Of a DNA stretch of 58,679 nucleotides, positions 1-11,928 are shown one piece after another. A model generated the notes under the pieces. That model ran no database searches and was not told the origin of the DNA. It saw only the letters and a program-made list of their open reading frames with translations. The first letter of the stretch is position 1, and each line of letters begins with the position of its first letter. The position numbers were made by a program, and so were the translations under genes. This DNA comes from an uncultured bacterium (GTDB lineage: Bacteria; JAGOEH01). The stretch lies in assembly GCA_964632485.1 (NCBI GenBank), contig CAZWDO010000003.1, positions 62,001 to 120,679 on the forward strand, read 5' to 3'.

Positions 1-873
1 AAAAGTGTAATTGCCGATTATATTTCTCAATTTAATGATTTAGTTTTTAACAATCCACTGGGGTACAGCGGGTTTGAAAATTTGATGGCCATATATGGCT
101 ATACATTGCAAATCTATTGTGATTTTTGTGGGTATTCCGATATGGCGATTGGTTTGGGTAAAATGATGGGTTTTGATTTGGGTCAAAATTTTCGCTTCCC
201 GTATCAGGCATTAAATATTACGGATTTCTGGCGTCGCTGGCATATTTCGCTATCCACCTGGTTGAGGGATTATCTTTATATTCCGTTGGGCGGAAATAAA
301 AAAGGGAAAATCCGCACCTATATTAATCTGATGATCACGATGTTATTGGGGGGGCTTTGGCACGGCGCTGCCTGGCGCTTTGTTTTCTGGGGCGGTGTTC
401 ATGGAATGGGCTTAGCGCTCCATAAAGCCCTGTCGCCGCTGTTGGATAAAATTCCCTCAGGACGATGGGTTCGTGGGATTTCCTGGCTGCTTACTTTTCA
501 CTTTGTCATTTTTTTATGGATTTTTTTCCGCGCCGGCGATATTGCGATTTATCCGATTGTGGCAGAACAAGTGGACTTACAACCTCAAATCATCAATGGT
601 TATCGGGTTGCTTGGATGATGATTGACCGGGTATTGAATCAGTTTGATTTTTTCTATATCATCCCTTTCTGGAAAGCCCGTAAATTATGGTTATTTCTAT
701 TAACCATCGGGTTTGCCATGCATTTTACGCCGGAACATCTCTGGAAAAAATGGCAGAAGCGGTTTCCGCGATATTCTTGGGGTGTGAAGTTTTTAGTGTT
801 TTTATTTGTCGCGCAATTAGTGATTCAATTTTCAGGACAGTCGGTTCAACCGTTTATATATTTCCAGTTTTGA
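1..873 (+). CDS. MBOAT family O-acyltransferase (AlgI/DltB-like), 5'-truncated by the window edge
   Basis: Frame open from base 1. Contains QIYCDFCGYSDMAIG, FWRRWHISLSTWLRDYLYIPLGG and GLWHGA (catalytic His), and ends in PFIYFQF. Confidence 0.93.
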   Translation, partial: KSVIADYISQFNDLVFNNPLGYSGFENLMAIYGYTLQIYCDFCGYSDMAIGLGKMMGFDLGQNFRFPYQALNITDFWRRWHISLSTWLRDYLYIPLGGNKKGKIRTYINLMITMLLGGLWHGAAWRFVFWGGVHGMGLALHKALSPLLDKIPSGRWVRGISWLLTFHFVIFLWIFFRAGDIAIYPIVAEQVDLQPQIINGYRVAWMMIDRVLNQFDFFYIIPFWKARKLWLFLLTIGFAMHFTPEHLWKKWQKRFPRYSWGVKFLVFLFVAQLVIQFSGQSVQPFIYFQF

Positions 874-926
874 TCAGTGTTTTCAGGGAACAGGCAATTT
901 GTAATTCAATGGATTTACCCGTTGGA

Positions 927-1688
927 TTATACTACACGTCGTAGGCAAGAGATGTAGATGGGGCCACGCCCTCCGGCCCTGTCCGGCAGAATTTGGCGTC
1001 CCCATTTTGTTTGTTCACTTAAAGGGAGTTCCACCCTCAGATTTTCGACGCAATGTTTTTTTTTATGAAAAATACGGTCAATTACGCCGTCATTTTCCAG
1101 CGGCGAAAGAGAGCACGTGATGTAGAAGACAATTCCTCCGGGTTTAATCATGATCAGGGCCGAGCACAGTAGTGCATAGGCGTTTTGGGCCAAATGGCGC
1201 GTCCGGGCCGGAGACCATTGCCCTAAATGTAATTCTGACTGAATCACATGCCGTTCCGATGAGCAGGGAGCATCCAAGAGTATTTTATCGTAACATGATT
1301 TTTCTATGCGGCATCTCGCTGCCGCATCCCCCTGAGTAACCTCAACTTGCGTTCGTAATTCTGTGGGTAAATGTGTGTCAAGAACTTGCCGTAACCGATG
1401 GACCCGGGCCGGAGAGCGGTCATTCGCTACAATTCTGCCCTCTTTCTTCAATCGGGTCGCCAGCGCCAGGCATTTCCCACCCGGCGCCGCGCACATATCC
1501 AAAATGCGTTCATGTCCTTCGATGGCTAATGCTTCAGCCGCCCAATTCGATGCTTCATCTAAAAAATAGGATTTCAGTAACAATCCCTTTAATTCATAAT
1601 ATACAGATTCCCCCCTGAGAGCTGTTTCCAATTGCGTCCACCGATCTCCCCATACCTGTTGATAATAGTCGTTGAACTGGATTTTCAT
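927..1688 (-). CDS. RsmB/NOP2-family (m5C) RNA methyltransferase
   Basis: ILDMCAAPGGK SAM-binding motif, ILLDAPCSS (motif IV) and YITCSLSPLEND (motif VI). Confidence 0.9.
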   Translation of the reverse strand: MKIQFNDYYQQVWGDRWTQLETALRGESVYYELKGLLLKSYFLDEASNWAAEALAIEGHERILDMCAAPGGKCLALATRLKKEGRIVANDRSPARVHRLRQVLDTHLPTELRTQVEVTQGDAAARCRIEKSCYDKILLDAPCSSERHVIQSELHLGQWSPARTRHLAQNAYALLCSALIMIKPGGIVFYITCSLSPLENDGVIDRIFHKKKHCVENLRVELPLSEQTKWGRQILPDRAGGRGPIYISCLRRVV

Positions 1689-2103
1689 CGAATCCTTTCG
1701 TTTACATAATAGGTTTGTCTTAAGAAAACGTGTGAAGTAACCGATTTCCCTGAAAATTTGTAGCCGTCTTAGTTATAAATCTATGACCCGTCATGGGATG
1801 TTGTGATTTTCCCATCAGAAGACTCTTGCAACCGGGTATTCCCGGGTTAATGGAATTCTCAATAGATTTCTCAGATTACTATAAGTATACTCGTAAAATT
1901 TTTAAAGTCAATAAAAAACTATCGGATATAAAATTTTAATTTTAAGGGGAATAAAATATAAAATATTTGACAATGCCCTGTTTGTTGGTTATCTTTATTT
2001 TATGAGTGTAAGTGATTTGTTTATTATTTGGGAGCGGCATCGATAGAGAATAATAATGAATTTCACTGGGTGTTATTTTAAAATCGTTTAGGAGAAAAAT
2101 GTT

Positions 2104-5100
2104 TTGAATCTGGAAACCATGAATTATCTTTTTGAGAATATGTCGTTGGGGGTTGCGCATCATCGTTTGATTTTCAATGATCGGGAGGAACCCATCGATT
2201 ATGAGTATCTGGACGTGAATGAAGCCTTTGCTGCCATGTTCGGCTTAAAATTGCAGGATATTATTGGGAAACGGGTGCGTGAAGTGTTTCCTGATATTGA
2301 TATGTTCGATTTTGATTGGATAAAATTTTATAGTACGGCAACACGGCAATGCGCGCAGCATTCAATCACTCGTTTTTCAGAATTAACCCGTCGATGGTAT
2401 CACATTAATATAATCTGCCCGACTATAAATGAGTTTATTACGTTTACAATGGATATTACTCATCTGAAGGAATCATATTGGAAACTGGAAACATTGCTGG
2501 GTTCTACTGACGATGTTATTCTTGAAATTACCGACAAGTTAGAAATTCAAGGGATTTGGTCTCGTCGTCATGATTATCCCTTTTCAGGTGAAGACAAGAG
2601 TTTTCCGGTGATGGCGTCAACATTTTTCAGCGCGGAAGTTTTTCCTCAGGTCCGTGAAAAAGTGATTCGGGTAATAGAGGGTGGTGGTGTAGAAAAATTT
2701 GAATTCTTTTGCGGTCTGAGTCAGAGGGATCAATGGTTTTTAGTTAAGATCACCCCGATCTTTCGAGAAGAAAGGATATACTCTTCCGCTTTGTTGGTGA
2801 TTAGTGATATAACAGAGCAGAAGCAACTCACGCTTGAGCTTGAAAAAAATAAAACTGTATTGCAAACGATTTTTGATGTATTGCCCATTGGTTTAACGGT
2901 TACTGACTCAGATGGCCAAATAATTGATGCCAATGCTATGTCGCAAAAAATATTAGAAATTTCGCGTTCAACTCAATTGGGGCGTAGTTTCGATGGTCCC
3001 CAATGGGAAATCTTGCGCCCGGACCTCACACGAATGCCGGCTAATGAATTTGCCAGTGTCCGCGCATTGAGTGAAAATCGGGTGATAAAAAACATTGAAA
3101 TGGGTTTAGTTATCAATGAAAATCAGATTCGTTGGATAGTTGTAAACGCGGCGCCAATCCCCCTTCAGCAATATGGAGTGGCGATTACTTATTTTGAAAC
3201 GACTGAACAGAAAATGATGCTTGAAAAACTGCGGCGTCAGGAAGAGCTTTATCGGAAACTGATAATGAGTATTCCCGATGGAATTACGTTGACGGACGCT
3301 GAGGGGAGAATTGTATTTTGTTCGCCGCAGACATTGTCCATCTACAAGATTTCGGATATGTCCAACGTTTTAGGCAATTCCGTTCTGGAATGGGTTGATC
3401 CTGAATATCGTACGTTTACCCAGGATATTTTAAAAAAAATTATTACCGGAGAAATTGAACAGTTTGGCCGTAATGTTCCTGGCCATGCCCGTCAAATATT
3501 GAAAATGTTAAAATCCGACGGCTCATCCTTTTTAGGGGATATTACTGCTGTTCCTCTAATGGATGATTCCCGTAAGGTTACGGGTATAATCGCCATCACA
3601 CGGGATGTCACGGAACAAGTTCAAATTGAGCATCAAATTGAGGGATATTGGCTTCTCGAACGTCAACTGGCGATTATCTCCAGCATATTACTTTCGAACC
3701 AGCCGGATGCTGTTATCCAAGCGCTGATAGTTCTCCAGAACACTGTGAATCCCTTGAGTGTTTACTTTTTTATTCGTTCCTATTCTGCGGGTTTTGAGAA
3801 GATGTCTATAAAATTTCACACATTTCGTAAGAAAATGGATATTGCCGAAGGTCGATCAAAATCCTTAGATTTTCAGTTGACAAAAAAACAGCTTCACCAG
3901 TTAAACCAGGGAAAAATGATTTTCAGCAATTTAACCCGCCGTCAAACGGCTGATCTCAAGTTTCCTCCCAATATGGATTACCAGGTTCTTCTTATGCCTG
4001 TTTTGGCCGATGATCAACTATGGGGAGCAATCGCTTTAGTGGAATTGAAAGATCAGATTCATCATATTAAAAAGAATAAACTATTTTATCAGACTTTTAA
4101 AAAAATAGTCAATATTGCAATCCAGCGTCAAATAAATGAGACAAAGTGGTTAGAGGCTAAAAAGAAGGCTGAGGAAGCGAATATTGCAAAATCCAGTTTT
4201 TTGGCAAATATGAGTCATGAAATTAGAACTCCCATGAATGGGATTATTGGCATGAGCGAACTGCTTATTATAACACCGTTGACTCCCATTCAAAAAGAGT
4301 ATCTGGATGCAATCCGGAAATCCGCCTATTCGTTGTTGGATATTATTAATGATATCCTTGATTTTTCAAAAATCGAAGCCGGGAAATTCACCCTTAAGTC
4401 GGAACCCTTTGAAATGCTGAATTTATTGGAAGATGCGCTTAACCTTATCAGCCTTAAAGCCGAGGAAAAAAAACTGGAACTTCTATTGGATTATAATCTA
4501 GAAATTCCTCGCATGCTGATCGGTGATTCAATCCGGATTCGGCAGATTGTTTTGAATTTTCTCAGTAATGCGGTAAAGTTCACTCCCCAGGGAACCGTTA
4601 AATTATCATGTGGAATAGAGAGTTCTTTCGATCCTCAGACAGACCATCATATTGAATTGTGTATTTCAGTTCAGGATACAGGAATTGGTATAGCTCAAGA
4701 TACTCAGTCTAAGGTATTTGATAGTTTTACTCAGCTTGACGATTCAACTAGCCGGAAATTTGGCGGTACCGGTCTTGGGCTCGCAATTTCACGTAATCTT
4801 GCTGAATTGATGGGTGGGCATATTGCCCTTGAGAGCCGGGAAAATTCCGGTTCCATTTTTAGCCTTCATCTATGTCTCGATGTTCCTAAATTCTCTTCAG
4901 TATGGGAACAAAATTCGGTAAAAAAAAGAATCCTTATATTAGATAATCGTACACAAGCTATGCGCTTGTTGATTAAAATTCTGGATCAAACGCAACACAC
5001 ACTGCAAATTTATGAGGATATTGAAGGATTAATCAAGGCTTGTTCCGGTGAAATCGATTCTTCAGACTTAGTTATTATAATGGAATATCGACACGATACC

Positions 5101-6099
5101 GCAAATGAAGCGGAGGGTTTGCAAAGGATTCTCAGCATAAACGAACGCATCCCCATAGCGGTTTTGGCGCATAAAATCCAAGCGCTAAACGCGATAATAC
5201 CCTCAATGCCGTCCAACAGTTTGTACACTATTTATAAACCGTTAACTCCCCGTAAATTAATTGATTTTTTTAAGCAGCTTAACGATCCGACTCATAGAGC
5301 AACTGAGGAGAAGCCGCGTCATATTCTTGATTCATCTGTATTTTCAGCGAATAGCTTGAAAGTGCTGGTGGCTGATGACAATGAAATTAATCTGAAAGTA
5401 ATCAACGCCATGTTGACAAAGCTGGGGTGTCGGGTAATATCGGCAGAAAATGGCGAAAAGGCCTGGGAAATCTACCAAAACAATGAGTTAGATTTAATGT
5501 TTTTGGATATACACATGCCGGAGTTATCGGGGATTGAACTTGCGCAACGGATTCGCAGCGTCGAGAGGGATAGCCGACATCTTCCCCTTGTCGCGTTGAC
5601 GGCAGATGCCATGCCTGGTGATCGTGAAAAGTATCTGCAAGCCGGTTTTGACGATTATATATCTAAACCTGTTCAGCCGGAGCAGATTGTGTCGATTATA
5701 TTAAATATGAGCGTTCGGGAGAATCTCCAGGATGCGGGAGATTCTATAAGCGAGGAGGCTGTCTTTTCACTTCCCTCGATATCTTTTAATCATCAGTCAT
5801 TATTGCGTAAAGTCAATAATGACACTCAGGCCTACCAGGAAATTCTGGATCATTTTAAAGAAATTGTTCCAGAATACTTAAAACAGCTTCAAGAGAATTT
5901 TCTGACAAATAATTTTAAGCAAATGCATTTTATCGCTCATAGCATCAAGGGGATAGCTGCTGAATTGGAATGTATTCCACTGGCGAATTCTGCCCGTGAA
6001 TTGGAAGTTTATCTTCATTCTGAAGCTGAACCTCAACGGCGGATCATTGAGACGACCCTGGAGACACTCAGTTCAATTTGGCAGAAGATATTATTTTGA
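2104..6099 (+). CDS. Multi-PAS hybrid sensor histidine kinase (PAS x~4, GAF-like, HisKA, HATPase, REC, Hpt)
   Basis: [16 protein letters not shown]-box, N/G1/F/G2 boxes, receiver motif [11 protein letters not shown] and Hpt motif AHSIKG. TTG start lies 9 nt after AGGAG. Confidence 0.93.
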   Translation: MNLETMNYLFENMSLGVAHHRLIFNDREEPIDYEYLDVNEAFAAMFGLKLQDIIGKRVREVFPDIDMFDFDWIKFYSTATRQCAQHSITRFSELTRRWYHINIICPTINEFITFTMDITHLKESYWKLETLLGSTDDVILEITDKLEIQGIWSRRHDYPFSGEDKSFPVMASTFFSAEVFPQVREKVIRVIEGGGVEKFEFFCGLSQRDQWFLVKITPIFREERIYSSALLVISDITEQKQLTLELEKNKTVLQTIFDVLPIGLTVTDSDGQIIDANAMSQKILEISRSTQLGRSFDGPQWEILRPDLTRMPANEFASVRALSENRVIKNIEMGLVINENQIRWIVVNAAPIPLQQYGVAITYFETTEQKMMLEKLRRQEELYRKLIMSIPDGITLTDAEGRIVFCSPQTLSIYKISDMSNVLGNSVLEWVDPEYRTFTQDILKKIITGEIEQFGRNVPGHARQILKMLKSDGSSFLGDITAVPLMDDSRKVTGIIAITRDVTEQVQIEHQIEGYWLLERQLAIISSILLSNQPDAVIQALIVLQNTVNPLSVYFFIRSYSAGFEKMSIKFHTFRKKMDIAEGRSKSLDFQLTKKQLHQLNQGKMIFSNLTRRQTADLKFPPNMDYQVLLMPVLADDQLWGAIALVELKDQIHHIKKNKLFYQTFKKIVNIAIQRQINETKWLEAKKKAEEANIAKSSFLANMSHEIRTPMNGIIGMSELLIITPLTPIQKEYLDAIRKSAYSLLDIINDILDFSKIEAGKFTLKSEPFEMLNLLEDALNLISLKAEEKKLELLLDYNLEIPRMLIGDSIRIRQIVLNFLSNAVKFTPQGTVKLSCGIESSFDPQTDHHIELCISVQDTGIGIAQDTQSKVFDSFTQLDDSTSRKFGGTGLGLAISRNLAELMGGHIALESRENSGSIFSLHLCLDVPKFSSVWEQNSVKKRILILDNRTQAMRLLIKILDQTQHTLQIYEDIEGLIKACSGEIDSSDLVIIMEYRHDTANEAEGLQRILSINERIPIAVLAHKIQALNAIIPSMPSNSLYTIYKPLTPRKLIDFFKQLNDPTHRATEEKPRHILDSSVFSANSLKVLVADDNEINLKVINAMLTKLGCRVISAENGEKAWEIYQNNELDLMFLDIHMPELSGIELAQRIRSVERDSRHLPLVALTADAMPGDREKYLQAGFDDYISKPVQPEQIVSIILNMSVRENLQDAGDSISEEAVFSLPSISFNHQSLLRKVNNDTQAYQEILDHFKEIVPEYLKQLQENFLTNNFKQMHFIAHSIKGIAAELECIPLANSARELEVYLHSEAEPQRRIIETTLETLSSIWQKILF

Positions 6100-6846
6100 A
6101 TCAATCCGGCGGCACTCGATCAGTTCTTCTGACTGATCGTTCACCAGCAAGAAAGCGCCTGATTCGGCATTGATAACCAGGCCTTCCATTTTATGATCGG
6201 GTAGAGAATACTCAACGCTAATTCCTTCGTGTTCAGACCATCGGAAGAGTAGAGCGCTTTCGTCGCTGATAATCCAAAAGCAATCTAACATTGGATCGTA
6301 AGTGATTCCGGAATAATCTAATGCTTTATCAAGAGCAATTTTCCTGTTAATAGAAAAATCTGAATTCAATTTTACTAATAACCCGGGATTTTTTTCGTTT
6401 AGGACAAAGAAAACTCCATCAGCAGAAATACAGATTCCTTCAAGACCGCTGTTTGCCGCTCCGGTCAAGTCCAAATGAAACCGCGCCAATTCATGCCCGA
6501 TAGTATCCAGTTGAACGATATCGCGCAGCCGTTCTTCCGCGACCCACAGGGTCGTGTCAGAAAGTCGCAATGCAATTCCTTCCAGATCGTCCCCTTGCCA
6601 GTCCAGCATTTTGATCACTTCTCCCTGGCGGGATATCAGATAAACCCGATTTGTCTGGTCACTGACTGTCCACAAGTAATTCTGATCGATATGCCAACAC
6701 AGGTCGGAAGGTTCAGGAACAGCCAGGGAATACCTGGCTGTTACCTGCATTTGATAGGAACTATCTCCGGGTCCTGATTTTGCGCGCGCGCTGCATAATA
6801 CCAGATTCATAACAACAAGAACCGGGATCAGTCGGTTGAATTTCAT
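6091..6846 (-). CDS. Secreted SdiA-regulated/YjiK-like (phytase-like) beta-propeller protein
   Basis: Signal peptide, then repeated propeller blades EPSDL..LWTVSD, DLEGI, GLEGI, DYSGI..IISDES and MEGL. Confidence 0.75.
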   Translation of the reverse strand: MKFNRLIPVLVVMNLVLCSARAKSGPGDSSYQMQVTARYSLAVPEPSDLCWHIDQNYLWTVSDQTNRVYLISRQGEVIKMLDWQGDDLEGIALRLSDTTLWVAEERLRDIVQLDTIGHELARFHLDLTGAANSGLEGICISADGVFFVLNEKNPGLLVKLNSDFSINRKIALDKALDYSGITYDPMLDCFWIISDESALLFRWSEHEGISVEYSLPDHKMEGLVINAESGAFLLVNDQSEELIECRRIDSK

Positions 6847-8069
6847 TGATTAGAGGCTCGGGGAGTGGGTGTTGTGAATAACTGCCAGGTAGCGGAACCA
6901 TCGGGATAACGTCCATAAGACACATCATCGGTCTGGGCGCCAAAGGTAATTGAATCGATCACAGTCGTGCCGTTGGGAGCAAAAAGGCCAATCGCTTCGC
7001 CACTACCGGAAAGCTTGATATCAACATGTAGAATACCTTCGCTTGTTTCCTTATCCGCCCAAAACAATAAAAACCCGCCCGCAGGAATGGTCGTCGAATC
7101 TGGAGCGCGATCGGGAATCTGCCAGGCTGTGGGTTTGCTAAAATCATCGGTAATGTACATGCCGGCGAGATTCACGGATTGGGGTCCGGGGTTATAGATT
7201 TCAATCCAGTCTTCTTTGTCGCCAAATTCATCCTGGATAATTCCGCTGTTTCCGGCTAAAAATTCGTTGACATAAAGGACAGGAGGAACATACCCGACCT
7301 GAAATGACAATGTGTCGGAATAATCGATGAGTCCACCCTGATCTTCTGCTTTGATGTAAAAGTAGATAACGCTACCATCATTAAAAACACCTAAATTGGC
7401 TTGGTAAAGCGTTTGATTCAATTGAAAGTCGGCTTGATTGGAAAAAGTTTGCGCGGTTCCATAATAGATTGATACGGTTGATAGATTATTATCGGCATCG
7501 GTGACTTCAACCTGGATGACGACTTCAGTCGTTGGAGACAGAGTTTCCGGAGTAACCGATATATTGCCGATCACCGGCGCGCGATTCGCTGGAGCGGTGC
7601 CATTGGCCACTCCCGGGGACGGATTATCGAAAATTATCCAGGAAGCTCCGCCATCAGTCTGCCGTCCATAAGATTTACCCAATTCCATTGCGGGAAGATC
7701 GACCTGGTCGATTCTTTTTTCGTCCTGATCTTCAAACGTAATCTGTTCGCCGGCGCTGGAAAGTTTGAAATTTGTTTGAATGTCGTCGCAATTCCACACC
7801 AGAAACCCTCTTGCGGGAACAGTCGTGCCCTGTGGGAAAATTGTTTTGTTGCTGATCGAGCCGGCATCATAGAGATAGAACCCACTAATATCGACAATTT
7901 GATTGCCGGGATTGTAAATTTCAATCCAGTCCGGGTCTCCGGTTGACAACAGTTCATTGATGTATAAAACAACATCTGAATCCTGGCTTGATACCGGGTC
8001 TTCATCGGTACTGCAAGCCATGCCTAACAGCATAAACGCAATTATTAAGAGTAAAAACAAACGATACAT
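6843..8069 (-). CDS. Lipoprotein with two lamin-tail domains flanking an Ig-like domain
   Basis: Lipobox LLGMAC. Two INE..DWIEIYNPG...FKLS/IKLS..GE...SYGR..DG...W...PSPG/PTPR repeats. Confidence 0.85.
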   Translation of the reverse strand: MYRLFLLLIIAFMLLGMACSTDEDPVSSQDSDVVLYINELLSTGDPDWIEIYNPGNQIVDISGFYLYDAGSISNKTIFPQGTTVPARGFLVWNCDDIQTNFKLSSAGEQITFEDQDEKRIDQVDLPAMELGKSYGRQTDGGASWIIFDNPSPGVANGTAPANRAPVIGNISVTPETLSPTTEVVIQVEVTDADNNLSTVSIYYGTAQTFSNQADFQLNQTLYQANLGVFNDGSVIYFYIKAEDQGGLIDYSDTLSFQVGYVPPVLYVNEFLAGNSGIIQDEFGDKEDWIEIYNPGPQSVNLAGMYITDDFSKPTAWQIPDRAPDSTTIPAGGFLLFWADKETSEGILHVDIKLSGSGEAIGLFAPNGTTVIDSITFGAQTDDVSYGRYPDGSATWQLFTTPTPRASNQ

Positions 8070-8084
8070 GGGAAACCTCCCTGA

Positions 8085-9326
8085 TTAAAAGTTTACAAGA
8101 GTACGCAATGCGATATAACTGAAATCGTCATTGCCGATGTATTTGCCGCCGCCAGTGGCATATTCGGAATGATCGACCCAAACATAGTTTAACATAAAGC
8201 GCACATTGGCATTGGCGTACCAATTGAGCGCCAGTGTATAATTGGCTGCTTTGCCGCCCATGACGGGGGCATCCATATCGGTGAGATTGATAAAGCTGGC
8301 GCGAGTAGCCAGCTCCCAGGCCCCGATCGAGTGAGCAGGCAACGGAGAGCTGAGTTCACCCTCGGTTCCGTCATATTGGCGCGATTCACCGGTCAAAAAC
8401 CAGCTAAAGAACAGGTAACTGCCATTAAATTGAATAGCAGCCAGGTCGTTGGAACGCGTAATATGCGTTCCCATGTATTCTCCCTGCAGGGAGAAGGGGC
8501 CCCAGACAGCAGCTCCCTCAAGGCCATAGATCAAGTAATGGTCAACATTGACAATATTGCCGGATTCGAGAAATTTGACACGGCTGACTTTGGTCTCGGG
8601 TCGGACGCTGAACTCGATAAACTGTTCAACGCCATCTTCTGGAGCTAATGGCGTCAAATAACCGACACTGCCCCCCAGATGGAATAAGCGTTTTTCTTGC
8701 CGGAAGGGAGCCAGGGCAATACGTCCCGCCATCCCATATCCTTCATCTTCGCTTTTTTTATCGAGACCCGAAAGATTTTCACCAAAAATGGCAGTGGACG
8801 CATACCAAAATGAACCCCAGCGTGAAACTCCCAAGCCCATGCGTCGATCCGGCGCAAATTCATTGGGGTAGGCCCTTTCCAAAAAAGTCAACATGCGCGA
8901 GCTGGTTAATTCTTCCAGACTGAAGGGTGGCTTGAATTGGCCAAGTTGAATTTCCATTTGATCAACGCCGCGATAACTCAGCCACATATCTTTAATTTCC
9001 AGTGGTTCATCTTTTTTGTCTTCGTTTTTGATATAGGGTGAAAAATTAAAATCCCATTCGGCTCGCCAATCTTTCCAAAGTTTTACCTTCATTGCGAAGC
9101 GGGCCCGGCGTAAATCAGTTCCACTACTGAGGATATCTTTGTTCTTGTTTTCAAAATATACCGCGCCATCCATAAACATCCGCACATCAAAACGGGTTTG
9201 AAACTGTCCGTCATTCGATTTAAAAATTAAAATCCCATCTTCCCAACCGACTCGACCCTCCTGGGCGAAGGTCATGGTTAACATTAAACCTGAAAACGTA
9301 ATCAGCCATAAAAGTTTTTTCATCAT
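8085..9326 (-). CDS. Phosphate-selective porin, OprO/OprP family
   Basis: Signal peptide, DLRRARF, GQFKPPFSLEELTSS, LTGESR, GAWELATR, ALNWY..N.RFMLNY and a C-terminal Phe. Confidence 0.9.
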   Translation of the reverse strand: MMKKLLWLITFSGLMLTMTFAQEGRVGWEDGILIFKSNDGQFQTRFDVRMFMDGAVYFENKNKDILSSGTDLRRARFAMKVKLWKDWRAEWDFNFSPYIKNEDKKDEPLEIKDMWLSYRGVDQMEIQLGQFKPPFSLEELTSSRMLTFLERAYPNEFAPDRRMGLGVSRWGSFWYASTAIFGENLSGLDKKSEDEGYGMAGRIALAPFRQEKRLFHLGGSVGYLTPLAPEDGVEQFIEFSVRPETKVSRVKFLESGNIVNVDHYLIYGLEGAAVWGPFSLQGEYMGTHITRSNDLAAIQFNGSYLFFSWFLTGESRQYDGTEGELSSPLPAHSIGAWELATRASFINLTDMDAPVMGGKAANYTLALNWYANANVRFMLNYVWVDHSEYATGGGKYIGNDDFSYIALRTLVNF

Positions 9327-10510
9327 TTTTCCTCCTTCAGGATGGAAAGTGTTGCTAAATTGATCGAATCGATATTTCTCCGTGAAATATCGTTGTATAG
9401 CGCGAAAAACTGTTTTTGAGTTTGCATTTTTACAGGATGACCCATAGCCGGAGAAGAGTTTTTTACTGGCTGCATAAAAACATTTTGGATAAAAAAGAGT
9501 AATATAAAGCAGAGTAATCCGGTTATCATTGGAGTGAGCGCCCAGCCAAGGGCAATTTTTCTCAATAAAATGAAATTGATTCCCTTACCGCCCTTCATGA
9601 TGCTCATTCCGATTACGGCACCGATAATCGCTTGTGAGCTTGATACTGGAACTAATGGTAATGTGGGCAATCCCAAAATAGTCAGTATCTGTTTTATGCT
9701 TTGGGATGAAAATAGGAAAAGAACCAGGGATTCCGCCAAAACTGCAACAAGGGCGGTTAGGGGTGTCAGGCGGAATAGTTGGTTGCCAACAATTTTCATG
9801 AGTTGATAGGAATGAGTAAATATTCCAAGCGCGATGGCAATTCCGCCAAAGAGAAAAAGCAGTTGCTCCCCACTTAATGCGAATCCCCAGGGCGTTGATA
9901 TTCCAGTGAAAGGACATGCGGAGACAAATACGCCCATTACATTGCCGATATTATTAGCGCCCAGACTATAGGCTCCAAAGGCTCCGATAATTACCAGCCC
10001 ATATCGCATTAGATAATCCAGAGTTAGTAAATGGATTTTTGTTTTTTTCCACCAATAATTTAGCAGCAAATAGATAATAATAGCCAGAAGGGCCGCTAAT
10101 ATTGGTGATAGTATCCAACTGGAGACAATCCGGATGAGTTGTTCTCCGTCGGTGGGGGATCCGGTAAAGCAATTCCAGCCGACAATTCCGCCGATAATTG
10201 CCTGGGTCGTAGAAACAGGAAATCCTACCTTGTTCATGGCAACAATAACTAAGGCTGACGATAAGGCGACGGTAAATGATCCGGCCAGAGCATTGATAGA
10301 ACCCAGCACGCCCAGACTCTCGCTGACTCCGGCACCGCCGATAACGGCACCAAGGATGACAAATATCCCTGCGACCAGGGCTGCAACGTGGAACCGCACC
10401 ATTCGTGTTCCTACGGCCGTGCCAAAAAGGTTGGCCGCGTCGTTGGCGCCCAAGGACCATCCCAGGAAAAGGCCGCTCAGTAAAAAAAACCAAATAATCA
10501 TATAACGCAT
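9323..10510 (-). CDS. Inorganic phosphate transporter, PiT (PHO4) family
   Basis: Duplicated signature GANDAAN / GANNIGN, plus PVSTTQAIIG and PVSSSQAIIG. Confidence 0.93.
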   Translation of the reverse strand: MRYMIIWFFLLSGLFLGWSLGANDAANLFGTAVGTRMVRFHVAALVAGIFVILGAVIGGAGVSESLGVLGSINALAGSFTVALSSALVIVAMNKVGFPVSTTQAIIGGIVGWNCFTGSPTDGEQLIRIVSSWILSPILAALLAIIIYLLLNYWWKKTKIHLLTLDYLMRYGLVIIGAFGAYSLGANNIGNVMGVFVSACPFTGISTPWGFALSGEQLLFLFGGIAIALGIFTHSYQLMKIVGNQLFRLTPLTALVAVLAESLVLFLFSSQSIKQILTILGLPTLPLVPVSSSQAIIGAVIGMSIMKGGKGINFILLRKIALGWALTPMITGLLCFILLFFIQNVFMQPVKNSSPAMGHPVKMQTQKQFFALYNDISRRNIDSINLATLSILKEEK

Positions 10511-10512
10511 TC

Positions 10513-11157
10513 CTACATAAAACGTTTAATTGCCGCAATGGCTAATCGGTCACACACGTCCTCGGCGGCATCGGCGATCTGCTCAATATGATAGGTAAAG
10601 TATCGCTGATGGATTTTGTAACTCAATCTATCATCCGTGAGAAATAGCTTCCGTTTTATTTTTTCAGCAATACGGTCCGATTCCTTTTCATAAAAAATCA
10701 CTTTAGTGATCGCATCCCTAACCGAGGCCAAATCGTTAAAATAGGCACGATCTGCAGAAACAGTATATTCGACTGCTGAAACAACGGCATCGCACAATTC
10801 TCCGAAATAAAGGGTCAGATCGGCCCGGATACGCGGGCGTTCCACTGAAAATTGCTCTAAGGTCTCATTAAGCATATTGAGGACTTTATCGGTGCTCTCC
10901 AATAATCCCAATACATCTCCCCGATATTCGGGAATCAGGGTCTGTAAATATAAATTCTCTTCGATCAACCGTCGAAGCTCGTCCCCTTTACTTTCAATCT
11001 GGCGCAGAGAATCCAGCCGGCTTTCAAAATCTTCATCCTGACCATCCAGATAGAACCGAAGACCTTGTTTGAATAGCAATCCCCCCTGCACCACTAAATC
11101 AAAATAGCGGTCGATTTCCGCTTCCAGTTTTTTTACTTTTTTAAATAGAATTGGCAT
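10513..11157 (-). CDS. DUF47 / PhoU-like phosphate transport regulator
   Basis: IESKGDELRR, EKESDRI and IADAAEDVCDRL helical repeats; lies directly upstream of the PiT gene. Confidence 0.9.
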   Translation of the reverse strand: MPILFKKVKKLEAEIDRYFDLVVQGGLLFKQGLRFYLDGQDEDFESRLDSLRQIESKGDELRRLIEENLYLQTLIPEYRGDVLGLLESTDKVLNMLNETLEQFSVERPRIRADLTLYFGELCDAVVSAVEYTVSADRAYFNDLASVRDAITKVIFYEKESDRIAEKIKRKLFLTDDRLSYKIHQRYFTYHIEQIADAAEDVCDRLAIAAIKRFM

Positions 11158-11190
11158 TCGGTATTTCCTTTTGATTAGGTATAAAAGCAG

Positions 11191-11928
11191 TTATCCTTTT
11201 AAAACTTTGTCGGGAGAAGGCTGGGAGATCGCAATTAGATCGCGGTAAAATATCAAATATAGTATTGCCATCAAGCCCCCGATAAAGAATGGTAAGCTGG
11301 AACGGGACTTTTTTTTAAGGGATAATGTGATTGATGCGCTGCGTCCGACGGTCAGCGGCCCCGCTTTCAGCTCAACAAAATCCTGATGGGTTTTTCGGGT
11401 AAGACGGAACGGGGCATGAATGCTTTTTTTAGCATTATATTCCGGTACTGTTTTGTTGATGCGGTTGACCTGTAAATCCTTTGGGAAAAAGATCGAGAGC
11501 GTATAAAATTGGATTGTCTCCGCCAAAGAATTGGTGAGGGAATACTCCCAGGTCAGATTGCCAAACGGACGCTGTTGCCAAATTTCATCGGGATTGAATC
11601 TCATTTTAGCCATCAATATAACAGTATCTTCCATGTTGGGAAGTTGGTTGAAAACAATCCGTAATTGGTCGCCGGCTTCTTTTTCTATTCGGCCAATACT
11701 ATCGCATATTTTTGAAGGGCTGGTTATATTTTTGAGCGGCAATTGAGGCGCTGGAAGAAATAATTCTGCCTTGTCCAACTCAGCGACCACGATCCGCGCT
11801 TGCCATGTTACTCCGCCTTGATCATCAAAATCCAGAATTTCCTCCAGGCTAACGATTGCCGACTGACAAGGTATTACGGAAAGAATCGACATTAAAAATC
11901 CAAAAAGCGGGGCCGTGATTTTCATCAT
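11191..11928 (-). CDS. Hypothetical protein with signal peptide and C-terminal membrane anchor
   Basis: 245-aa ORF coupled to the upstream transporter (4-nt overlap), with an N-terminal hydrophobic stretch and a C-terminal TM segment. Confidence 0.7.
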   Translation of the reverse strand: MMKITAPLFGFLMSILSVIPCQSAIVSLEEILDFDDQGGVTWQARIVVAELDKAELFLPAPQLPLKNITSPSKICDSIGRIEKEAGDQLRIVFNQLPNMEDTVILMAKMRFNPDEIWQQRPFGNLTWEYSLTNSLAETIQFYTLSIFFPKDLQVNRINKTVPEYNAKKSIHAPFRLTRKTHQDFVELKAGPLTVGRSASITLSLKKKSRSSLPFFIGGLMAILYLIFYRDLIAISQPSPDKVLKG